Assembly: GCA_964626365.1 (NCBI GenBank)
Contig: CAZVDL010000004.1
Coordinates: 18,178-82,177 of the forward strand
Length of the DNA: 64,000 nt
Source: an uncultured Nitrososphaerota archaeon
GTDB lineage: Archaea; Thermoproteota; Methanomethylicia; Nezhaarchaeales; B40-G2
Direction: 5' to 3'
Made by a program: the position numbers and the translations under genes. Every line of letters starts with the position of its first letter. Positions within the stretch are counted from its first letter, which is position 1. This document shows, one piece after another, positions 44,318-54,087 of this stretch. The notes under the pieces were generated by a model. That model was not told the DNA's origin, made no database searches, and was given only the letters and a program-made list of their open reading frames with translations.

Positions 44318-44761
44318 GTGGGGGTTGTGGGGGTGGAATTAGGCAGGCACCTCATATTGGAAATACAAGGCTGCGATCCTGAGAAGCTCGCTAAGGCAGA
44401 GGAGATTGAGAGGCTGCTAGTGGAGGCTGCTCGCAAATCCCAGCTAACTATCATGGGGGTTAAGACCCACTACTTTAATCCTGGGGCCACGAGCATGGTT
44501 ATTATAGGGGAGAGCCATCTCTCGATCCACACCTGGCCTGAGTATGGCTATGCAGCCGTGGACATCTTCGTATGTAGAGGTAAGGACCCCTGGAAGGCGT
44601 GTAAGGTCATAATCGAGGCTTTAAAGCCTGAGAAAGTTAGGGCCCTAGAGATAAAGAGAGGCGTCGACACTCTGATAGTCGAGGATGTGCCCAGCTTCTT
44701 CGAGAAGTTAAGCGAATTAGAGAGGAATGAAGAAGTGAAGCGCTCCATTAGAGAAAGCTAA
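44318..44761 (+). CDS. speH: S-adenosylmethionine decarboxylase proenzyme (pyruvoyl, SpeH type)
   Basis: GESHLSIHTWPEYGYAAVDIFVC self-cleavage/active-site region. Several in-frame GTG starts (44318, 44327, 44333). Confidence 0.85.
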   Translation: MGVVGVELGRHLILEIQGCDPEKLAKAEEIERLLVEAARKSQLTIMGVKTHYFNPGATSMVIIGESHLSIHTWPEYGYAAVDIFVCRGKDPWKACKVIIEALKPEKVRALEIKRGVDTLIVEDVPSFFEKLSELERNEEVKRSIRES

Positions 44762-45019
44762 GCGGCCAAATTTTTCGAAAAATCTTTTACGCTCTTTAAA
44801 GCCCTCCGGGTTTAAGTCTAAGCAGCCAACTACCTCTATGAATCCACGTGACTTAGCGTAGGCTTTAACCCGTTCAATAAGCCTAGTCCCATAGCCCCTA
44901 CCGCGGTCCTTTTCATACACGCTTATCCACACCAGCCGTAGATAAGGTCCCTCAGGCTCGACCAACGCGTACCCTGCTCTCTCGTCCTTCTCGTTGTAGA
45001 TCTCGAACCTCAGCCTCAC
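44717..45019 (-). CDS. Small GNAT-family N-acetyltransferase
   Basis: RGRGYGTRLIERVKAYAKSRG acetyl-CoA binding motif. 100 aa. Confidence 0.65.
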   Translation of the reverse strand: MRLRFEIYNEKDERAGYALVEPEGPYLRLVWISVYEKDRGRGYGTRLIERVKAYAKSRGFIEVVGCLDLNPEGFKERKRFFEKFGRLAFSNGALHFFIPL

Positions 45020-45068
45020 TTTAAGCCCCGCGAGGGCAAGGAGCGCTGATATATTAACTTGTCTATCG

Positions 45069-45623
45069 CTAAGGCTTCCACCAAGAGAACATGTAGTAGT
45101 TTAGCTCCTTGGTGTGAGGGTTGACCGTAGCAAGTATGAAGCGCTTCCTTACGCTATGAGAGAGCCTTCCTGCCCTCACGACTTCTATGGGGTCCATTTT
45201 GACATCTGGAGGAACAACATGGACTAGGAAGGGCGCATGGTCTATGCCGGGGCCGTACCTATACACAGCGAACGTAGCCCCAAACTTTAGTCCAGGTCTA
45301 ACTACGTAGCCCTTCTCCCTCAGGTCCTTATAGACCCTATAGTGGTCGAGGAATCCTGAGTATCTCTCCTCAGCTACCCTCTTAAGCTCCTCGACGCTTA
45401 GCTCCTTACCGCTTTCATCCACTATCCTCAGCCTGTTCTTTTCAGCTAGGTAGAGGGCCTCTATGAGGGATAGTTCTAGGGGCCTCTCTATGTCAGGTGT
45501 CTTTGGTTTATCTACACCTACAAACTTCCCATAGAAACCCTCCTTATACAGCCTCGAGGCCTCCTTAAGGTCCCAGACTATCGCTCTAGCCCCTACTAGT
45601 AACGCTGTAGGCCTCTCGCTCAT
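45069..45623 (-). CDS. endA: tRNA-splicing endonuclease, catalytic subunit
   Basis: YRVYKDLREKGYVVRPGLKFGATFAVY...HAPFLVHV pattern. 184 aa. Confidence 0.85.
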   Translation of the reverse strand: MSERPTALLVGARAIVWDLKEASRLYKEGFYGKFVGVDKPKTPDIERPLELSLIEALYLAEKNRLRIVDESGKELSVEELKRVAEERYSGFLDHYRVYKDLREKGYVVRPGLKFGATFAVYRYGPGIDHAPFLVHVVPPDVKMDPIEVVRAGRLSHSVRKRFILATVNPHTKELNYYMFSWWKP

Positions 45624-45673
45624 AGTACGTGCCCCTATAGATGCCTTGAGGCGTGGTTGGTTAAGCTTACTCT

Positions 45674-46336
45674 CTACGTGGCTCTATGGAAGGCTATCAA
45701 CCTAAGGTCCTGCACTGCATCTAAGATTAGGTCAGATAAGTTCTCGATGCGCTCGCTTACATCCCTAAGCAGTAGGGTTAAGGGTAACGGAGCCGATACC
45801 TCGAGTATCTTCATCTCTAGGTCCCGGTGAAGCCTATCTACAGCCTCCTCCTCGCTCTCGATCTCGCGGCATACGTTCAACGCCCTCTCAGCGTTGTAAG
45901 CATAGGTGAAGAGGGCTTCCTTCAACTTCTCACACAGCTGAAGGCTGGCCTCAGCCATCTCGCTTAATTTCGAAGCCACCTCGACTGGCGGCAGCCATCC
46001 TTTCTCGCAGGCTATAGACACTCTATATGCTACGCTGTAAGCTAAGTCAGCCACTTTATCCAGGTCTATGGAGAGCCTAACCCAGTCCTCACGGTTAAGC
46101 AGCGCAGGTGAAGCCCTGGCTAAATATTCATATACGTTCCTACGGTAGTCATCGGCCTCGCTCTCCATCTGTTTTGTCCTCGACAGGTATAAGGCTACAC
46201 TCCTAGAATCGCCTGCCAGATAACCCTCAATGGTCAACACCATCCCCCTAACTGCCTCGCTAACCCTCCTTACATGTTCCAGGACTAAGTCCCTAACCTT
46301 ACGCTCCACAACCGTAGGCGCGTGTTCCATCGACAT
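45674..46336 (-). CDS. DUF47 / PhoU-like helical-bundle protein
   Basis: All-helical, 220 aa, with a PhoU-like repeated helical pattern. Recognition is weak. Confidence 0.55.
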   Translation of the reverse strand: MSMEHAPTVVERKVRDLVLEHVRRVSEAVRGMVLTIEGYLAGDSRSVALYLSRTKQMESEADDYRRNVYEYLARASPALLNREDWVRLSIDLDKVADLAYSVAYRVSIACEKGWLPPVEVASKLSEMAEASLQLCEKLKEALFTYAYNAERALNVCREIESEEEAVDRLHRDLEMKILEVSAPLPLTLLLRDVSERIENLSDLILDAVQDLRLIAFHRAT

Positions 46337-46456
46337 TACACGAACCCCTTAAACACCACGACCACCACGCCCCCCTTAGATAAATATTATTTCAAATCTC
46401 TATGATCCTTTAAGCGAGGGGCCGCTTAGGCTTAGAGTAAGCCTTATTAGAAGCCG

Positions 46457-47632
46457 GTGAAACCTGGAGAGAGCTGGGTTTTAGCCATCCAGCAGAGGGA
46501 GAGGGTTAAGGAGCTTAAAGCTCTATTAGTGCTCGAAGACGGCACGGTCCTTGAAGGTAGAGGTTTCGGTTCCCCTGGGGCTAAGGTAGGAGAGGTGGTC
46601 TTCAACACAGGTATGGTTGGTTATCCTGAAGCCTTAACCGACCCATCGTATAGGGGGCAGATTCTGTGCTTCACATACCCTTTGATAGGGAATTACGGTG
46701 TGCCGCCCTATAGCTTGGTCGACGAGTTCGGACTACCTTTACACTTTGAGTCGGAGAGAATCCAGGTTAGAGGCGTAGTGATACATGAGCTATGCGAGGA
46801 GCCGAACCACTGGGCTATGACTAAGAGCTTCGACCAATGGCTACGCGAGGAGGGAATACCGGGCATAGCCAGGGTCGATACAAGGAGGTTGACAAGGAAG
46901 CTGAGGGCACAGGGGGTTATGATGGGTGCCTTAGTGGTCGATGAAGAACCTAAGCTGGACGAGGCAATAGAGTCGCTGGAGAAGGCACCTAAGTATGGTG
47001 AGGTTAACTACGTGGATGAAGTGACAGTGAAAGAGCCCATTATACACCGCGGGCCCGGCAAGACTGTGGTGATCTTAGACTGCGGGGTTAAGGTAGGTAT
47101 CGTGAGGGCGTTGCTTAGTAGGGGCTACACGGTTGTGAGGCTGCCCTACAACGCCTCGGTTGATGACGTATTAAGCTACGATCCTCAAGGGGTCTTAGTC
47201 AGCAACGGTCCAGGGGATCCGAAGCGGTGTGAGGCCACGATCAAGACTGTTAGGGAGCTCTTCGAGCTGGGCGTACCTATGCTTGGGATATGCCTAGGGA
47301 ATCAGATAATATCGCTGGCCCTTGGAGGTAACACCTATAAGCTGAAGTACGGGCATAGAGGGCAGAATAAGCCATGCATAGACCTTGAAACAAAGCTATG
47401 CTACGTGACCAGCCAAAACCACGGCTACGCCGTGGATCCTTCATCACTCGAGGGGACCGGGCTGAAGGTGTGGTTCATTAACGCAGACGATAAAACCGTC
47501 GAGGGGATTAAGCATGTCTCTAAGCCATGTATAGCCGTCCAGTTCCACCCTGAGGCTAGGCCAGGTCCATACGATACGGATTGGGTCTTCGACGAGTTCT
47601 CAAGGCTCATGGAGGGGGGTGGACATGCCTAA
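46457..47632 (+). CDS. carA: Carbamoyl-phosphate synthase small (glutaminase) subunit
   Basis: LVLEDGTVLEGRGFG N-terminus and GICLGNQ catalytic Cys. GTG start. The true start may be closer to the LVLEDG segment. Confidence 0.9.
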   Translation: MKPGESWVLAIQQRERVKELKALLVLEDGTVLEGRGFGSPGAKVGEVVFNTGMVGYPEALTDPSYRGQILCFTYPLIGNYGVPPYSLVDEFGLPLHFESERIQVRGVVIHELCEEPNHWAMTKSFDQWLREEGIPGIARVDTRRLTRKLRAQGVMMGALVVDEEPKLDEAIESLEKAPKYGEVNYVDEVTVKEPIIHRGPGKTVVILDCGVKVGIVRALLSRGYTVVRLPYNASVDDVLSYDPQGVLVSNGPGDPKRCEATIKTVRELFELGVPMLGICLGNQIISLALGGNTYKLKYGHRGQNKPCIDLETKLCYVTSQNHGYAVDPSSLEGTGLKVWFINADDKTVEGIKHVSKPCIAVQFHPEARPGPYDTDWVFDEFSRLMEGGGHA

Positions 47633-50600
47633 GTTCGAGTGGATAAAGAAGACCTTGATACTTGGCTCAGGGGCCATCAAGATAGCTGAGGCAGGAGAGT
47701 TTGATTACAGCGGGTCTCAGGCCATAAAGGCGTTGAAGGAGGAGGGAGTTAAGACCATACTGGTCAACCCCAACATAGCCACCATACAGACAGACCCCCA
47801 ATTAGCAGATAAGGTGTACCTTCTACCCGTCACCCCTAAGTTCGTGGAGAAGGTCATAGCCAGGGAAAGACCAGATAGCATCTTATTGGGCTTCGGGGGG
47901 CAGACCGCCCTCAACTGCGGAGTGCAGTTAGCTAAACAAGGTATACTGGAGAAGTATGAGGTACAGATCATAGGAACTTCACTGAGAGGTATAGAGGTCA
48001 CCGAGGATAGGGATCTGTTCTGCAAGGTGATGAACGAGGCTGGGGTGCCGACCCCTCGTAGTAGAGCCGTAAGCTCGGTGGAGGAAGCCAGAGAGGCGGC
48101 TGAGGAGCTAGGCTACCCAGTGATGGTGAGGGTGGCCTATAACCTAGGCGGTAGAGGGTCTGGGGTAGCATACAACGAGTACGAGCTAGACGAGATCGTG
48201 AGGAGAGGGCTAGCTAACAGCATGATAGGGCAGGTGCTCATAGAGGAGTACGTGGGCCACTGGAAGCAGATAGAGTACGAGGTCATGAGGGACTACGACG
48301 ACAACTGCATCATAGTGTGTAACATGGAGAACGTCTTCGGCATGCGTGTCCACACCGGCGACAATGTAGTAGTAGCCCCCTCTCAGACCCTAACCAATAG
48401 AGAGTACCACCTGCTTAGGACAGCCTCCATTAAGGCTGTCAGGGCCTGCGGCATAGTGGGGGAGTGCAACATTCAGTTCGCCTTAGACCCTAAGTCGGAG
48501 AGGTTCTATGCCATTGAGATAAACCCTCGACTCTCTAGGTCCTCGGCTCTGGCGTCTAAGGCAACAGGGTATCCGCTGGCGTACATGGCCGCTAAGCTGG
48601 CGCTAGGATACAGGCTGCCTGAGTTAATCAACAAGGTAACCGGCATGACCACCGCTTGCTTTGAGCCAGCTCTCGACTACGTGGTGGTGAAGATACCTAG
48701 ATGGGACCTAGATAAGTTCGAGAGAGCCACGCGGAAAATAGGGACCCAGATGAAGTCGGTGGGCGAGGTAATGGCAGTGGGCAGGTGTTTCGAGGAGGCG
48801 CTACAAAAAGCGATAAGAATGCTCGATAAGGGCAAGCTGGGTCTCGTAGCCAACCTAGAGGACGAGGAGGCCTACACCATAGAGGAGCTAGAGCACTTAT
48901 TGTTAATGACAACCGATGAGCACCTATTCAACGTGGTCAGGGCGTTAAAGGCGGGGATACCTATTGAGAGAGTGAGCAAGCTATCCAACATCGACGAGTG
49001 GTTCCTCAGGAAGATAATGAATATCATAGAGATGGAGCGCATGCTAAAGAGCTGTAAGAGCCTAAGCGAGGAGGAACTTAAGCCTATCCTAAGGGAGGCT
49101 AAGAGGCTGGGCTTCTCAGATAAACAGATAGCCGTGCTATGGGGGGTCGAGGAGGAGGAAGTTCGTAAGCTACGCTTAAAGCTCGGGATTAAGCCCGTCG
49201 TTAAGCAAATCGACACCCTAGCCGCCGAGTGGCCTGCTAAAACCAACTACTTGTATGTGACCTACGGAGGGGACGAGGACGACATAGACTTCTCTGAGGG
49301 TAAGAACAAGGTCATAGTGCTCGGAGCAGGCACTTACAGGATAGGTAGCTCAGTGGAATTTGACTGGTGCACCATGAACATGGTGTGGGCCTTAAAGAGT
49401 CAGGGGATCGACCAGGTGATAGTCATAAACTGCAACCCTGAGACCGTGTCGACCGACTACGACATGAGCGATAAGCTATACTTCGATGAGCTCACCTTAG
49501 AGAGGGTCCTAGACATATACGAGAAGGAGAAGCCGCTGGGTGTCATAACTTGCGTAGGAGGACAAACCCCCAACAACTTAGCCCCGAAGCTAGCTAGGGC
49601 GGGCGTGCCTATCCTAGGCACCGCCGGCGAGGATGTAGATAGGGCTGAGGACAGGTCTAAGTTCAGTAAGCTCCTAGACGAGCTAGGGATTCCTCAGCCT
49701 AAGTGGAGCAAGTTTACCTCCATAGAGGACGCTGAGCGCTTCGCTGAGGAAGTAGGATACCCCGTGCTAGTAAGGCCATCCTACGTGCTAAGTGGAGCAG
49801 CCATGAGAGTGGCGTGGACCAAAGAGCAGCTAAGAGAATACCTGCTTCGAGCAGCTAAGGTAAGCCCTGAATACCCCGTGGTGATAAGCAAGTTCATAGA
49901 GGGGGCCCTTGAGGTCGAGGTCGATGGCGTATCTGACGGCGAGAGAGTGCTCATTGGAGCGGTCATAGAGCACATTGAGAGGGCTGGCGTACATTCAGGC
50001 GACGCCATAATGGTGATACCCCCTCAAAGGCTGCCCGAGGAGGTAATGGAGGTAGTTAAGGACTACGCGACTAAGATAGCTAGGGCCCTAAGGATTAAGG
50101 GCCCCTTCAACATACAGTTCATAGTCAAGGACGACAAGGTCTACGTCATAGAGTGCAACTTGAGGGCCTCTAGATCTATGCCCTTCGTCTCCAAGGTCAA
50201 GTCCGTCAACCTCATGAAACTCTCAGCCCCCATACTGCTAGGTAAACCCATGGAGCCTTTACCCTTCAACGAGCCGCCCTCACCCTGTGTGGGTATAAAG
50301 GCGCCTCAGTTCTCCTTCATGCAGGTGGAGGGAGCCGACCCTATACTGGGCGTCGAGATGAGATCCACGGGCGAAGTAGCATGTCTCGGAGAGAACTTCT
50401 TCGACGCCTTCCTAAAGGCCCTAATAGCGGCTGGCTTTAGGATTCCTGAACCTGGAGACAACATACTCTTAACCATAGGCGGGGTCAAGGAGAAGGAAGA
50501 AGCAGTACCTATAGCTAAGACCCTTAGGAGCTTAGGATACAACATATATGCAACTGAGCACACAGCTGAACACTTAATTAAAGCCGGCGTAGACGGCGTA

Positions 50601-50897
50601 AAAGTGGTCTACAAGGTTAGGGAGCGCGATAAGAAACCTAACATAGCCGACCTACTGGCTGAAAGAGCTATTCACCTAGTCATAAACATACCCCTCACGA
50701 CCCCAGAGAGACAGGCAGACGTGTTAGAGGATGAGTACGCTATTAGGAGGAAGGCGGTGGAGCTCGGAGTGCCAGTCATAACCACCATGGAGGGAGCGGT
50801 AGCCTTAGTGAAGGCGCTCACCTGGCTAAGGTGGAACGAGTTAACGGTTAACTCGCTAAATGAGTATCAGGAGAAAGCCCCCTTAAGGATCTGGTAA
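47625..50897 (+). CDS. carB: Carbamoyl-phosphate synthase large subunit
   Basis: Duplicated ATP-grasp halves and an MGS-like C-terminus. ATG 47625 (GTG at 47619 also in frame) overlaps the carA end. Confidence 0.95.
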   Translation: MPKFEWIKKTLILGSGAIKIAEAGEFDYSGSQAIKALKEEGVKTILVNPNIATIQTDPQLADKVYLLPVTPKFVEKVIARERPDSILLGFGGQTALNCGVQLAKQGILEKYEVQIIGTSLRGIEVTEDRDLFCKVMNEAGVPTPRSRAVSSVEEAREAAEELGYPVMVRVAYNLGGRGSGVAYNEYELDEIVRRGLANSMIGQVLIEEYVGHWKQIEYEVMRDYDDNCIIVCNMENVFGMRVHTGDNVVVAPSQTLTNREYHLLRTASIKAVRACGIVGECNIQFALDPKSERFYAIEINPRLSRSSALASKATGYPLAYMAAKLALGYRLPELINKVTGMTTACFEPALDYVVVKIPRWDLDKFERATRKIGTQMKSVGEVMAVGRCFEEALQKAIRMLDKGKLGLVANLEDEEAYTIEELEHLLLMTTDEHLFNVVRALKAGIPIERVSKLSNIDEWFLRKIMNIIEMERMLKSCKSLSEEELKPILREAKRLGFSDKQIAVLWGVEEEEVRKLRLKLGIKPVVKQIDTLAAEWPAKTNYLYVTYGGDEDDIDFSEGKNKVIVLGAGTYRIGSSVEFDWCTMNMVWALKSQGIDQVIVINCNPETVSTDYDMSDKLYFDELTLERVLDIYEKEKPLGVITCVGGQTPNNLAPKLARAGVPILGTAGEDVDRAEDRSKFSKLLDELGIPQPKWSKFTSIEDAERFAEEVGYPVLVRPSYVLSGAAMRVAWTKEQLREYLLRAAKVSPEYPVVISKFIEGALEVEVDGVSDGERVLIGAVIEHIERAGVHSGDAIMVIPPQRLPEEVMEVVKDYATKIARALRIKGPFNIQFIVKDDKVYVIECNLRASRSMPFVSKVKSVNLMKLSAPILLGKPMEPLPFNEPPSPCVGIKAPQFSFMQVEGADPILGVEMRSTGEVACLGENFFDAFLKALIAAGFRIPEPGDNILLTIGGVKEKEEAVPIAKTLRSLGYNIYATEHTAEHLIKAGVDGVKVVYKVRERDKKPNIADLLAERAIHLVINIPLTTPERQADVLEDEYAIRRKAVELGVPVITTMEGAVALVKALTWLRWNELTVNSLNEYQEKAPLRIW

Positions 50898-50899
50898 GG

Positions 50900-50906
50900 A
50901 AAAAAA
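50900..50906 (-). terminator. T7 tract downstream of paaK (minus strand)
   Basis: A7 on the plus strand equals T7 on the minus strand, about 42 nt after the paaK stop. It sits in the 50-nt convergent gap with carB, inside a GGTAA-N10-TTACC inverted repeat. Confidence 0.35.
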
Positions 50907-50947
50907 GTTACCTGAAAAGAGTAGAGAAATAGGTAAAGCCGTTGTCG

Positions 50948-52270
50948 TCACTCTAACTTTATAACCCTACGTGCCTTGCCCTCAAATCTCGGTAGCGAGC
51001 CTACGTCCACAAACTCGAGCTCTGGCCTAACGAACACTGCCTTATCTATTTCTGACAGTATGGCCTCCTTTAACTCTGGAGATCTCTTCTCAGGTGGTAC
51101 CTCGATCTTAACTATGAGCCTATATGGCATGACCGTCTTGTCGAAGACTATCTGGAACTCCTGTACCTCTGGGAACTTTAAGAGACGCTCAGCTATGGCG
51201 GTGGGGTAGATCTTGGTACCCTTATAGGAGAAGGCATCGTCAACCCTACCTAGGACTCCAGGCATACGGGGGAAGGCCTTCCTACCGCACTCACATGGAT
51301 CCCATATCAGCTTAGTGATGTCTCTGGTCCTATACCTAATTAAGGGCATGGCCTCGGCTACGAGGTTCGTTAAGACGAGTTCTCCCTGCTCGTCAGGACC
51401 TACAGGCTCTCCGGTGTCTGGATCTATGAGCTCAGGGTAGTAATAGTCAGCCCATATATGCATCCCCTGCTCGTACTCACACTCTGTAGCTACTCCTGGA
51501 CCGAACATTTCTGTTAAGCCGTACATCATCCTGGCTCCGCCGCCGTGAGCTTTCAGCCCTAGCCATTCCTCAATCCTCTTACGCATCTCCTCGGTCCAGG
51601 TCTCAGCTCCAGGGATAGCGACCCTTAGGTTAAGGTCCTTCTCGGGGTCTAGGCCCCTCTTCTTAATGAGCTCGCCTATGTAGTAGTCGTAGGAGGGGGT
51701 ACCGGTTATGACTGTGCACTTGAAGTCCCTCAAGGTTTCAATGAGGGCTTCGGTCCTGCCTATACTCCAAGGTATCACCGTGGCCCCTATCCTAATAGCC
51801 CCGTAGTGAAAACCAAGTCCTCCAGTGAAGAGGCCGTAGCCATAGTTATTCAACATGATGTCGCCCTTCCTAACGCCTGTGCCATAAAGGGCCCTGGCCA
51901 AAACGTTAGTCCACATCTCTTGGTCCTTCCTAGTGTAATACATTACTGTAGGCTTACCCGTAGTACCTGACGTACAGTGGAAGTATGGGGTCTCCTCAAT
52001 GGGTACACACCTTAGGTCTCCTCCATGTGGGTAAGCGTACTGCCTTAAGTCCATCTTAGTGGTGAAGGGGAACTTCTTTAGGTCCTCTAGAGTCTTAAGA
52101 TCGTCGGGCTTGACGCCAGCTTCGTCAAACTTCTTCCTATAGAAAGGACTACGTTCGTATACATACTTCAACTGGGCCTTTAGCCTCTTCAGCTGGAGCT
52201 TCCTTAAGTCGTCGAGCGACATGGTTTCGATGCTGGGCTCCCAGTATTTACTTTCAGCTGACATATGCAC
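50948..52270 (-). CDS. paaK: Phenylacetate-CoA ligase-like adenylate-forming enzyme (PaaK/F390 synthetase family)
   Basis: TSGTTGKPT AMP-binding motif, about 440 aa. Confidence 0.8.
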   Translation of the reverse strand: MHMSAESKYWEPSIETMSLDDLRKLQLKRLKAQLKYVYERSPFYRKKFDEAGVKPDDLKTLEDLKKFPFTTKMDLRQYAYPHGGDLRCVPIEETPYFHCTSGTTGKPTVMYYTRKDQEMWTNVLARALYGTGVRKGDIMLNNYGYGLFTGGLGFHYGAIRIGATVIPWSIGRTEALIETLRDFKCTVITGTPSYDYYIGELIKKRGLDPEKDLNLRVAIPGAETWTEEMRKRIEEWLGLKAHGGGARMMYGLTEMFGPGVATECEYEQGMHIWADYYYPELIDPDTGEPVGPDEQGELVLTNLVAEAMPLIRYRTRDITKLIWDPCECGRKAFPRMPGVLGRVDDAFSYKGTKIYPTAIAERLLKFPEVQEFQIVFDKTVMPYRLIVKIEVPPEKRSPELKEAILSEIDKAVFVRPELEFVDVGSLPRFEGKARRVIKLE

Positions 52271-52393
52271 CCCACCACATTCTTTATAGGTCCACCAACT
52301 TTTAAGGGATATATGATCCGTATAAAACCGTTACGGAGGCGCGTGTAGCCGTTAGCTATAAGGAGGAGTTAAGGCGTTAGCTCGTGGCTGGCT

Positions 52394-53623
52394 ATGGGGT
52401 TAGCTAAGTCGCTTAAATGTATTGAGTGCAGCCGGACATACAGCCTTGACCACGTAATTTACACGTGTACTAGTTGCGGAGGATTGCTGGACGTAGTCTA
52501 CGATTACAGCGAAGTCGACGCTGAACGCTTAAGGGGGTTATGGGCCCGTAGACCCATGAACGTGTGGAGGTACCAAGAGCTGCTTCCAGTCAACTCAGCG
52601 CTGGCTGTCTCACTGGGTGAAGGAGGTACGGGACTACATCGCTGTGACAGGCTGGCTCAGAAGCTGGGAGTCAAGGAGCTCTACGTCAAGAATGAGGGAG
52701 AGAACCCTACAGGCTCATTTAAGGATAGAGGGATGACCGTGGGGGTTACGAGGGCCGTTGAGCTGGGAGTTAAGGCGACCGCCTGCGCATCAACGGGCAA
52801 CACCTCAGCCTCGCTAGCCGCCTACTCAGCTAAGGCAGGGTTGACCTGCGTTGTGCTGGTACCGAGCGGTAAGATAGCCAGAGGGAAGCTCGTCCAGGCT
52901 ATAGCGCATGGAGCAAAGGTCCTAGCGATTAAGGGGAGCTTTGACGACGCCTTGAGGGAGGTAAGGAGGCTGTGCGAGCAGCGTAGGCTCTACCTGTTAA
53001 ACTCCATCAACCCCTTTAGGCTTGAGGGACAGAAGACCTTAGCCTACGAGGTGTTTGAACAGCTAGGCATGAAGGTTCCTGACCGTGTGGTGTTGCCTGT
53101 CGGCAACGCAGGCAACATAAGCGCAATATGGAAGGGGTTCAAGGAGCTACGTGAGATTGGGCTTAGCGAGGGGGCCCCCAAGATGATGGGTGTCCAAGCT
53201 GAGGGGGCTTCCCCCTTCGCCTCTATGATTATTGAAGGGAGGGATAAGCTAAAGCCCGTGGAGAAGCCTGAAACTGTGGCCTCAGCGATAAGGATAGGCT
53301 TCCCAGTCAACTGGCCTAAGGCCAGGATGGCTGTGGTGGAGTCGGGAGGGTGGGTGACCATAGTGAGCGACAAGGAGATCATCAAGGCGCAGAAGGACCT
53401 AGCGAGGCTTGAGGGGCTCTTCGTGGAGCCTGCCAGCGCGGCCTCCATAGCCGGCCTAGCCAAGATGCTCGAGGAAGGACTCGTGGACAAGGATGAGACT
53501 GTCGTGTGCGTGACCACCGGGCATGGATTAAAGGATCCGGACGTAGTCCTTAAGTTCTACGAGGAGGTAGTTGAGGTCTCGCCTGGAGAAGTTGAAGAGG
53601 CGCTAGGCGAGGTGCTAGCTTGA
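52394..53623 (+). CDS. thrC: Threonine synthase
   Basis: N-terminal CxxC...CxxC zinc ribbon, PLP-lysine motif GSFKDRG, about 400 aa. Confidence 0.9.
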   Translation: MGLAKSLKCIECSRTYSLDHVIYTCTSCGGLLDVVYDYSEVDAERLRGLWARRPMNVWRYQELLPVNSALAVSLGEGGTGLHRCDRLAQKLGVKELYVKNEGENPTGSFKDRGMTVGVTRAVELGVKATACASTGNTSASLAAYSAKAGLTCVVLVPSGKIARGKLVQAIAHGAKVLAIKGSFDDALREVRRLCEQRRLYLLNSINPFRLEGQKTLAYEVFEQLGMKVPDRVVLPVGNAGNISAIWKGFKELREIGLSEGAPKMMGVQAEGASPFASMIIEGRDKLKPVEKPETVASAIRIGFPVNWPKARMAVVESGGWVTIVSDKEIIKAQKDLARLEGLFVEPASAASIAGLAKMLEEGLVDKDETVVCVTTGHGLKDPDVVLKFYEEVVEVSPGEVEEALGEVLA

Positions 53624-54087
53624 GGCTCGAGTTAACCGTCAAGCTACCCGATAAGCCAGGGGAGCTGCTTAAGGTCCTCGAGGCATTGGCGAGTGAGGGC
53701 GTAAACATAGTGTCGATAGTGCATGAGCGGGAGAAGGCTGTGGAGGAAGTGGTCCCTGTAGACCTAGTGGTAGAGCTTCCCTCCCACGTTTCAGCCCAGA
53801 GAGTGAGAGAGGCCTTGGAGAGCAAGGGGGTCACGTTGGTTAGGATAGAGGAGGCCGTGGAAAAAGTTAAGGTCACAGCGATAGCTGTAGGAAAAGTCAA
53901 CTCGGGGCTGCTGTCTAAGGTTAAGCTCGCTGGGTTTGAAGGCGAGGTGAAGCCTAGTGGGGAAGGAGCCGTAAAGCTGGCGTTTGAGGGCGAGCCCGAT
54001 GAGGTTAGGAGCGTTATACGCGAATTAAAGAGGGAGATAGAAGAGCGCTGCGGGATCCTCATTCTACCTATAGGTGAGGAAGATTGA
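53620..54087 (+). CDS. ACT-domain protein
   Basis: LELTVKLPDKPGELLKVLEALASEGVNIVSI ACT beta-alpha-beta start. TTG start overlaps the thrC TGA. Confidence 0.7.
   Translation: MRLELTVKLPDKPGELLKVLEALASEGVNIVSIVHEREKAVEEVVPVDLVVELPSHVSAQRVREALESKGVTLVRIEEAVEKVKVTAIAVGKVNSGLLSKVKLAGFEGEVKPSGEGAVKLAFEGEPDEVRSVIRELKREIEERCGILILPIGEED

Noticed and set aside
44179-44382. 67-aa ORF, and a GTTCAAACCC segment (about 44228) resembling a tRNA T-loop upstream of speH.
   Set aside because: The ORF product is Gly/Pro/Arg-rich and runs into the speH start. No T-stem pairing, acceptor stem or anticodon arm can be drawn around the T-loop-like string.
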